Below, piece after piece: positions 54,995 through 64,000 of a DNA stretch of 64,000 nt; within the stretch, counting starts at the first letter, position 1; each line of letters opens with the position of its first letter. A program made the position numbers and the translations under genes. The stretch comes from Caecitellus pseudoparvulus. Taxonomy: Eukaryota > Protista > Bigyra: Bicosoecida. The notes beneath the pieces were generated by a model. The model had not been told where the DNA came from. It saw only the letters and a list, made by a program, of their open reading frames with translations, and made no database searches. Where the stretch lies: contig CBFFRQ010000096.1 of the NCBI GenBank assembly GCA_965644315.1, positions 124,001-188,000 of the forward strand, written 5' to 3'.

Positions 54995-57900
54995 ATGACG
55001 GCGGTCGAAGACTTCGCGAAGCGCAAGCTATCCGATGAGATCTTCATGTTCACCAAGCGGGTGGACGAGCCCCGAGAAGTGGAGGGCTACGTGGGAGTGG
55101 TGCAGACAACCTTGACGTGAGCCTCGTCGCCTTGCACCACGCCAAAGCCTGTGCACGCACGCTCGCCCGCTCCGCACCGTTGGCGATGACAGGTATGAGG
55201 TGGAGGTCCGCGCTTTCCGCGAGTGCGAGTTCACGCTGCGGTGGGAAGGCAGCGCCAACATGGCGCCGGAAGACGGCTCAGAGGCGACGGAGGTGTGTGT
55301 CGCCAGCGCTGCGCCCAGTGGCTGGTCGTCAGGGCCCGCCCACAGCACAGCACACCCCCTCCCGCCCCGCCTGCGACGCTGTACAGGCCAAGGTAGTCAT
55401 TCAGCCCTACGAACGCCGGCGTCTAGTGGTGCTGCAGCAGCAGGACTTGTTGGCGGGTTGGTCGCTGTCCATCGGCAGCAGCTGGCTGGAGCGGCAGCCT
55501 TCCGTGGAGCGCTGCAACGCAGCGGTGGCCGAGACGGCCAAGGCCATCGAGTCGGAGCTGCGCACGGCCAAGACGCTGGACTTTGGCGCAGATGCGGCCA
55601 CCATCGACCACCTGAACGCCGTGTGCGAGGAGCACGGCGTGAAGTTCGTGGACCTGGAGTTCCCACCAGTGGAGGCGTCCCTGTTTTCTGCCGCGTCCAA
55701 GCACGCCCCCAAGCCAGGAGCCCGCAAGATCACCTGGCGGCGGGCGACGGACTTCCTGGACCCCGACAAGCTGGACGTCTTCGTGCAGGGCGTGGAGCCG
55801 TCCGACATCTCCCAGGGCGCCCTGGGCGACTGCTGGTTGCTCTGCTCCATCGCCGCCTGCACGGAGTTCCCCTGGCTCATCACACGCATGTTCCAAGTGC
55901 ACGGGGACGACGCGGAGCCGCAGAGTGCCAACCCGTACGGCGTGTACAAGGTGCGCCTGTGCAAGAACGGGCAGTGGCAGTACGTTCGCCTGGATGACTA
56001 CTTCCCCTGCTACCCCGGCTCAGGGCCGGTGTACGCCAAGACCCACGAGCAGCAGGAGCTGTGGGTGCCCTTGGTGGAAAAGGCCATGGCGAAGCTGTGC
56101 GGCACCTACGATGCCCTGCGAGGGGGGCTGCCGTTCGAAGCCCTCATTGACTTGACGGGGTCCCCCGCCGAGAAGTACTCCTTTGCAGACGAAGCCGTGC
56201 AAGAAAGCATCAAGGACGGCTCCTTTTTCGAGCGCCTGAAGGAGTGGGACACGCGCGAGTACCTCATGACGGCCAGCACGCCAGGGGAGGACAAGTGGAG
56301 CGAGGATGGTGGCGGTGGGCCCACGTCTGGGCCAGGCCTCGTGCCGGGCCACGCCTACTCCCTCATCGCCGTCAAGGAGCTCAGCACAGGGGACAAGCTG
56401 GTGCAGCTGCGCAACCCGTGGGGCAGCTTCGAGTGGCACGGCAAGTGGAGTGACCGAGACCCAGCCTGGACTGCGGACGATGGCGCGTTGCTGGCTGAGG
56501 TGGGCAGCAGCCTGGACGAGGACGACGGCCTGTTCTGGATGGCCTTCGACGACGTCATGCACTACTTCACCGCCGTGAATGTCTGCTACATCCAGCCAGG
56601 CATGGGGCTGCCCTCGCAGTACAACACCGACGGTGAGGGCAACCCCACTGCGGGGCACTGGATCGACCAGCGGCGCAAGGGCACCTTCCGCCTGCGGGGC
56701 ACGGCGTCCAGGGAGGATGAGAGCGACACCCCCGTGGGCGCTGGCAATGACGTCATCAACAACTCCATGTACATCCTGCACGTGCCGGAGTACGAAGGCT
56801 GCGAGGACGGCGTCAAGAACCGCTGCTGGGTCAGCCTGCACCAGGAGGACGAGCGTGTGGAGACTGCCAAGCCGTACCTGGACATGGGTGTGACGGTGCT
56901 GCGCATCGACGACGACGAGTGGTACGCTGACACCGACGCCATTGACTACAAGGACATGGCGGCAGCGGCGCGCGTGGAGCCCCCCGCCATGACTCTGGTG
57001 GGGTCCACTGGCGTCGCGGTGGACCGGCAGCAGCAGCTGCAGGTGAACTTGGAGCCGGGGCGGTACTTGATCGTGCCGTTCACCACCGGGTGCAAGTTCA
57101 AGATGGGCGACAGCCAAAGCAAGTTGATCATCGAGGAGTGCGTGCCGGCACGTGTGGCGCCGTTGGCTGGCAGTGCAGCACCCCCCCTTCGCTTCCCTTT
57201 ACAGAGCTGTGTCAGCCACAGGCAGTGGCAGCGCGCAGGAGTTGGTGCAGAACCACCCGGAAGAGGCTGTGGAGCGTGGTATCGTGACGACCCTGCTGTC
57301 ACAGGCGCCTCAGCAGTGGACTGAAGACAGCGACTGGTACTACGACCAAGATGGCACAACCTAGTGCGTGCTCGGCTGAGCGCAGAGCGACGTGCCACCC
57401 TGTAACGCACCTCCCCTCACCCCCCTCGCAGTGTGGAGCGCGATGTCTGGTTCGTGCCCCGCGCCAAGCACGCCTTCAAGGAGATCTTCCACCGCCTGGA
57501 CGAGGACATGGATGGCGTGCTGAACGAGGCAGAGTTCAATCGGTACTGCGAGATGGTGACGGGGGAGGGCCTGGAGCCAGACACGTGGGCCTTCCTCCTG
57601 AAAGCCCTGGACTGCACGCCTGAGGGGCTGACACCGGATGGCTTCCTGCAGTACTACTGGTACCTCTTGCAGGCCAACGGCGGCGACGAGGAGAAGCTGT
57701 GGGAGTACCTGGAGTTCATGGGGTATGACCGCATGCTGCACCTGAACCGGGCGCGGGCCTTTGTCATGTCCGTCCACTCCAGCTTCGATGTGAGCCTGAC
57801 CCAGCTGCCGCACTGCGCGGACGTGTATGAGGAGGCGCTGGAGCGCCCCGTGAAGGAGCTGGGGGAGGCGCGCACCATGGGGGGTGACGGGGACGTCATC

Positions 57901-58143
57901 GTGTACACGCACAAGTCGGGGTACTGGGGCGTCACGCTGGCGGTGGAGAACAACAAGGACGTGCCCCTGAGCGTCAAAGTGGACTGCTCCAGCTCGGACA
58001 ACATCGTGTCCAGCGCAGGGGAACTGGACTCCACCATGGTGGTGCCCGCTGGCGAGACCAAGATCGTGCACCACCTCATGCCACAGAAGCAGGACCGCTG
58101 GTCCTGGGGGTACAGCATGCAGTGGCAGGAGGCGCACGAGTGA
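54995..58143 (+). CDS. Calpain (CysPc) with domain III, EF-hand and flanking DUF1935-like beta domains, 5 exons
   Basis: Introns 55117-55192, 55293-55386, 57138-57204, 57364-57431. Catalytic QGALGDCWLL, GHAYS and RNPWG; EF-hand DEDMDGVLNEAEF. Confidence 0.92.
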
Positions 58144-58269
58144 GCCGTAGGGCGCGACAATGTACATTCTTATTTCCCCCGCCATCGGCCACTTACTTTC
58201 TGTTCCTGACCAGCACAAGCGGCATCCAGTCACCCATCCTCGCTGCCCTGCATCTGCCCATCGCTTGCC

Positions 58270-59488
58270 ATGGCTCGTGCCTCTGAACGGGAGCCGTTGG
58301 ACTTGGGCGAGGGCGCCAAGGCTGCCATCCGCGCCTATGTGACGCAGGCACCCACAACCCATGTGGCAGAAGGCACTGTGCAAGGTGAGTTCGCCCTGCT
58401 CGGCGCGGGAGTGCTTCCCGCACGACACGGATGCTCCGTGCGGAAAATGCAGTAACGGTGACACACTCTAACCTGAAGGACCACCGCGTCCTGGAGCTGC
58501 GAGTGGACCAGTCTGAGACGGTGCAGGAAGTCAAGGAACGCCTGTACACGTACAATGGCACGGCAGTGTCGTACATGGCGCTGACCCTCATGGACGGCGA
58601 CCGAGTGGTGTGTGCCCGCACGAAACGCCAAGCCCAGCGGAGCAGCACGCCCGCACGTGCCCTGCCCGCCCCTCGCCGCAGGTGGCGAACCTCACAAACG
58701 ACCATGCGACCTTGGGCACGTACGGTGTCGCTGATGGCATGACCCTGCACGTGACAGACTTGGACCCCCACTCGTTGTCGAAAAACGGCGGGCTGGAGGA
58801 CGTTTCCCAGGTGGAGAAGTACCGGATGTCGGAGGAGGACTACGAGAAGCGCGAGGGCACCCTGCGCGCGTGGAAGAAGAAGCTGCTGGCAACGGACCCC
58901 GAGCGCGCCTACGAGCTGTTCCCTTCCCTGCGCCCCAAGGAGCTGCCCGAGGGCGTGGCGCCGGTGACGGAGGCTGCTTCCGTGGAGGGCATCGCAGTCG
59001 GCAGCCGGTGCGAGTGCTCCCCCGGCGCCCGGCGCGGCGCTGTGGCGTACGTTGGCAAGGTCAAGGAGCTGGGCGTGGGGTACTGGGTGGGCGTCAAGTT
59101 CGACGAGCCTGTCGGGCGCTCCGACGGCAGTGTGCTGGGCAAGGTGTACTTCGAGGCCGGCAAGGGCTACGGCGGCTTCCTGCGTGGCTACAACGTGGCT
59201 GTGGGGGAGTACCCCGCCCTGGAACTGGACCTGGGCGACGTCATGGGCGCGGAGGAGTCCAAGGCTGAGCCCCCAGCGCCGGCGTCCGCCGCTGGTGCAG
59301 CTGGCGCGGCAGCAACAGCAGCACCTAGTGAGGCGTCCGCCGCCGCGGCAGCCGGCGGAGAGGGCACCGCCCCTGCCACAGATGCGCCTGTGAAGGTGCA
59401 TGCGGGGTCTCGCACGGCTGGCCTGCGGGTGGTCAGGCGAGGTGTGGCGGACAGTGACGACGAGGACAGCGACGACGACGAGCTGTGA
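58270..59488 (+). CDS. TBCB: Tubulin-folding cofactor B (Ubl + CAP-Gly), 3 exons
   Basis: Introns 58385-58452 and 58608-58681. VTHSNL..VKERLY..G, EDVSQVEKYRMSEEDYEKREGT and CAP-Gly GYWVGVKFDEPVGRSDGSV.GK.YF. Confidence 0.95.
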
Positions 59489-59524
59489 GGCGCCGCGCAG
59501 GGCAGTCTGCGGTGCATTGCCCGG

Positions 59525-60100
59525 CTACAGCGCCTTGGTGTGGCGTCCAGAGGCGACCAGCTTGCCGTCGCTGTTGCGCGTGATGTCCACCTGGGTGAAC
59601 CCCAGCTTCTTGCCGGTCTTGAGCACGACGCCCACCACGGTGACCGTGTCACCCGCCTTGGCTGCGGAGGCGTAGGAGCAATTCAACTCCACTGTCACGC
59701 CAGCCTTGGTGGGGTCCACCGTCAGCAGGGCCAGCGTGCCAACGATGTCCACGAGGGTGGCCTGCGCCCCGCCATGCAGCGTGCCGTACGCGTTCTGCAC
59801 CATCTCCGTCACGGGCATCTCGCACTTGACCATGCCCTCCCCGACTTGCACCACCTTCAAATCCGCCATGTTGCGGTCGAAGCGGCTGCCAGTGTTGGCC
59901 AGATACCCAAGCAAGGCGTTTGCGCCGTGCTTCTTCGCCACGTCAATGAAAGATTCCCCCACTCGGTCCGCCTTGGACGTCACCGTCTCTGCCACGGTGC
60001 TCGCAGTCGCGGCGGCTGCCGTGCTGGTGCCAGCACCTGGGGCCTTGCTGCCTGCCGCAGCCCCTGCAACGTGTGCGATACGACGTGCACAGCACCACAT
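59525..60100 (-). CDS. ACOT13: Acyl-CoA thioesterase 13 (PaaI/hotdog fold)
   Basis: NAYGTLHGGAQATLVD, GVTVELNCSY and GKKLGF..V..LVASGRHTK. Ala/Thr-rich N-terminal extension. Confidence 0.9.
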   Translation of the reverse strand: MWCCARRIAHVAGAAAGSKAPGAGTSTAAAATASTVAETVTSKADRVGESFIDVAKKHGANALLGYLANTGSRFDRNMADLKVVQVGEGMVKCEMPVTEMVQNAYGTLHGGAQATLVDIVGTLALLTVDPTKAGVTVELNCSYASAAKAGDTVTVVGVVLKTGKKLGFTQVDITRNSDGKLVASGRHTKAL

Positions 60101-60558
60101 GTTGGCTGTGTCTCCAAGAGCTGCTGTGGTGGCTCACGGCAGGGCTGCTGCAAGGAAGGTTGCAGGCCTGCGGAAATTGCCTCGCTAAACTCGATGTGTG
60201 TGAGTTTGAGCGCGGGGAGGGCGGTGTGAGCAGTCCTGTCGGGGCGTGGCGACGGCAGCAGGCGACGTGGGTTGTGTTTGGTACAAGTGGCATGAGTGTC
60301 GGCCGACAGTTGTGCCGCCAGCGGTGGTTCAGGCGACCCCCTGCAGAGGCCGGTCACCCTCCCCCCCGCACGCAATGCAGCGCCAAGGGCATTCTCCGCA
60401 ACCCCGCGCAGCTCCACACTGGGAATGGACATCGCAGAGGACGCCGCCTCCTCACCCAGCTGCGCTGTCGCCTGCTCGAGCTTGCACAGCTCAGCAAGCG
60501 ACGCCTGCCGCCGCGTTTCGTTCCGCTACCACGCCACTTGCAGCTTTGCGGCTGCAGC

Positions 60559-63500
60559 ATGGCTCAGCACGATGCGGCCGGCGGCCCAGGCCTGGACGAC
60601 GAGGTGACCCTGGCTGAAACCCTGCGTGCAGCAGTGGAGCTGGACGACGCTGCGACGTTCCAGGAGCTGCTGGCTCGCGTGGACCGGGAGGTGCCTCCCG
60701 CTGACAGGCTGCTGGACTTGGGCCTGGCCTTTGCAGAGGCCCTGCGCATGGGCAAGGAGCCGTTCGTGCACCGCTTCGTGGACAGGGTGCCGGACGTGAA
60801 CGCGCTGATCCATGAGGGGTGCACGCCTCTCGTGTACGCTGCGGGGGGCCCGCCAGTGTCCTCCACCACCTCTGTCGTGCGGGCTTTGGTGGACCGAGGT
60901 GCCGACGTCAATCTCTTGGCGCCTGGCCCGCGCACGACGCCCCTCATGAAGGCATGTGGCGTTGGGAACGTGGAAGTTGCCGAGCTGCTGGTATCTCGGG
61001 GGGGCAGTGTGAGTGTCGCTGGCTGAGGCAGCATACTGACCCTCGGTGGGGGCGGCTCGAGCTGTATTTCCGCAGCCTCTGCGCCTGCACGCCCCCTCAC
61101 GCGCTGGGCGCGCCCCGCTCGCCGCAGGTGAACGCTGACAACGGTGACGGCTGGAGGGCGATCCTTAGCGCCTGTGACGCCGCCTCGCCAGAGTGTGTGC
61201 GCCTGCTCATCAAGCACGGCGCAGAGGTGAACGTCATCTCGAAGCTGAATGATGGCTGGACACCCCTCATGAAAGCGTGCCGCAAGGGCGACGTGGAGAG
61301 CGCCAAGGAGCTCATCAAAGCGGGGGCAGACATCAAAACATGCCCCAAGAACGGATGGGGCGCGTTACTGCAGGTGAGTGGGCCTGCCGCCCGCTGCTGT
61401 GGCCGTGTTCGCTGCCTGGCCTGTGGCCCTGGCGTTGCTGCCTGCGCCTGCTCGCCTGCACTGGCACCCCCCCCCCTCTCCCTGCCCTGCACAGGCATGC
61501 TTCAGCGAGAGCATCGACTGCGTGAAGCTGCTCATCGCCCACGGCGGGGACGTGAATGCGTGGACTGACCCTGACGCTGGCATTTCGCCGCTGATGGAGG
61601 TGGCGGCGCGAGGCAACGTGGAGCTGGCGCGGGTGCTGGTGGAGGCGGCCGCCGACGTGAACGCGCGCAACAGCAAGAACGGCTGGGGCGCAGTGCTGGA
61701 GGTGTGTGCCAAGAACAAGGTGGAGTGCCTGCAGCTGCTGCTGGAGCACGACGCAGACCCCAACGTGTGGACGAACCCCCGCACGGGCGTAACGCCGCTG
61801 ATCGAGGCTTGCTCTCGGGGGCACGTCGAGTGCGCAGAGCTGCTGATCCAGTTCCACGCCAACGTCGACGCGCGCAACAGTGAGAATGGCTGGTCGGCGT
61901 GCATGGAGGCGTGCGCCAAGGGGCAGGTGCGGGCGGTGGAGCTGCTCATCAAGTACGGCGCAGATGTGAACAGCGTCACGAAGCAGCCCAATGGGGACTC
62001 CCCCCTCATGACGGCCTGCGGCAAGGGGCACGCCGACGTCGTGAAGGTGTTGCTGGCAGCGCACGCGGACGCCAACAACGGCTCCTCAGACGGCTGGCGC
62101 CCCGTCATCTCAGCCTGCGACAACGGCAACGTGCGCTGCCTGCAGCTGCTGCTGGATGCGGGGGCTGACCTGAACTTCTTCACGAACCAGGAGACAGGCT
62201 TCACGCCCCTCATGAAGGCGTGCTCCAAGGGCAGTGCGGAGTGCGTGCAGGCACTCATCGCCTCGGGCGCCAGCGTGGACGCGGCGAACTTGAAGACGGG
62301 CTGGCGGGCCATGATGAACACGGTGAAGGAGGAGGGGCGGGAGGAGTGCCTGCAGCAGCTGGTGGCGGCGTCAGCAGAGGTGAACTTCACGACGGAGAAC
62401 GCCGACGCGTGGTGCCCCCTGGCCAAAGCCGCCAAGGAGGGGCTGCGGGACGCCGTGCGCATCCTGCTGTCCGCTGGCGCAGACGCCAACCTGACGCACA
62501 AGACGTCAGGCCTGACGGTGCTGATGGAGGCGGCGTCTGCGGGGCACGTGGACGTCGTGCAGGAGTTCATGGCCTTCCGTTCCCGCAACGGCATCGACCT
62601 GGACGGCACCTGCCGCAAGACGGGCAAGACCAGCATGGCCTACGCCGCCGAGCGTGGGCACACGGGCGTCGTGCTGTCCTTGCTCAACGCGGGGGCGGAT
62701 CCGGACATTGGCGCCAAGCGGGGCGTCTGCCCCATGCAGCTGGCAGCCGTGAAGGGGCATGTGGATGTGGTGCAGGAGCTGCTGAGCCGGGGCGTGTCAG
62801 CGCGCCAGGCCATGGACATGCGTGGGTACACGACGCGAGTGCCCACACACGTGCAGACGTGCCTGACCTCTCGAGTGGAAGCGGAGTGTGGCGCGGAGGC
62901 GGACGCCGCCGCCGCCGCCCTCCTGGCTGAGCTGGAGGAGGAGGAGGCGGCCGAGAGCGCCAAGAAGCAGAAGGCGGCCCGCAAGCGCGCCAAGCGCAAG
63001 GAGAAGCGCGAGGCAGAGAAGCACGCTGCTGCCGTGCAGGCGCAGAAGCAGGCCGCCGCCAAGGCGCAGAAGCAGGCCGCTGCTGCAGCTGTCAAGGCGC
63101 GGGCTGCCGCGGCCAAGGCGGCCAAGGCACCGCCGGCCCACACCGCCCAGCCTGCGCCCCAGAAAGCCAAGCCCGCACCGGCACCTGCCCCTGCGCCCTC
63201 TTCCCGGTCCTCTGCAGGCCAAGGCTCGGCGCGCAGTGGGGCGTCGTCCTCCCGCCCCTCGGGAGGGGGTGCTGCCCGGACACGCCAAGCCCCTGCTGCT
63301 GCGCGCACCGACCGCACAACGCCTGGGGCCCAAGCGCAACACGCGACCGCCGCAGCAAGCAGCAGCGGCGGCAGCAGGGGCAGTGGTGCCTCGCGCCAGC
63401 GCAGCTCGGCAGGTGCTGCTGCCACCTCCAGGGGAGGGCCTAGCAGTGCTGGTGGCAGCCGCGGCGCGAGCCGGTCCTCTGGGGGCGCCTCAGGCTCCAG

Positions 63501-64000
63501 AGCAAGCGGCAGCTCTGCCAGCGGCGGTGGTGGCGGTGATGCTCAGCGGAGGCAGGGCAGCCGGCCTGCGGCCGCCTCCACCCGGGATGCAGCGCGGCGG
63601 CAGGGCGGTGGCGTGCGTGCCCCGGCAGCACCCTCCGTGCCCGCTGCCAGCCAGCCAGTGCCCGCTGCCGGGGACGACAGGGCGGACTTCCTCATGGGGC
63701 TGGGCCTGGGCCTGTCGGGGACGCCGCTCATGATGGACCTAGGCAGCGAGCAGGGCCTGCACTCCAGCTCCTCAGCCGCCCCTTCCGCCAGCTCAGGCGG
63801 TGGGGGGGAGCACGGCGCCTATGGCGGCCCGCAGACCTCATCCGGCTTCAGCAGCGGCATGGGCGGGAGTGACGGGTACTCCCTGGGCCTGGGCAGCATG
63901 CAGCTGGGCGGGCAGGGCCAGGGCCACTCCTCTGCGTCTGGCGGGGGGGGCGGCTCCCTCGGCCTGGGCAACGTCCCCAGCTTCGGCGGCTGGCAGGGGG
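60559..64000 (+). CDS. Ankyrin-repeat protein (about 17 repeats) with coiled coil and Gly/Ser-rich tail; truncated at the window end
   Basis: Introns 61009-61127 and 61374-61494; last exon stays open to 64000. Repeated TPLMKAC..G...V.LL..GADVN, then LLAELEEEEAAESAKKQKAARKRAKRKEKR. Confidence 0.9.

Noticed and set aside
1-64000. Transposons, endogenous viral elements, tRNA or rRNA genes
   Set aside because: No transposase, RT, integrase or capsid motifs, terminal repeats, large AT-rich islands or RNA-gene hallmarks were seen.

Overview
This is GC-rich, gene-dense eukaryotic nuclear DNA. It has short GT-AG spliceosomal introns (mostly 60-85 nt, donors GTGCGT/GTGAG/GTGTGT), so most genes had to be spliced by hand from the ORF track. 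Gene content (AP2 factors, DD3-3, a Dad1-like subunit, several ciliary genes) suggests a flagellated protist, possibly a heterotrophic stramenopile (inference). I can support 28 protein-coding genes. Well recognised: ATAD2/Yta7, NMD3, fimbrin, SMC5, DD3-3, DeoC, AFG1, ASCC2, NF-YC, calpain, TBCB, ACOT13, two Tctex-1 light chains and an ankyrin protein running off the right end. I saw no rRNA, tRNA, CRISPR or mobile element. The most interesting items appear only after splicing: a signal-peptide plus TM torsin/LAP1-like pseudo-ATPase (52518-53940), a protein with three copies of an AP2-like plus Trp-rich module (32276-34073), a 75-aa Dad1-like gene, and a hidden 4-exon 111-aa gene. Also notable are a palindromic AATGCATT at several tail-to-tail junctions, a stand-alone NPC1 N-terminal domain protein and an F-box/TMEM185 fusion. 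All family assignments come from motif recognition by eye, not database searches.
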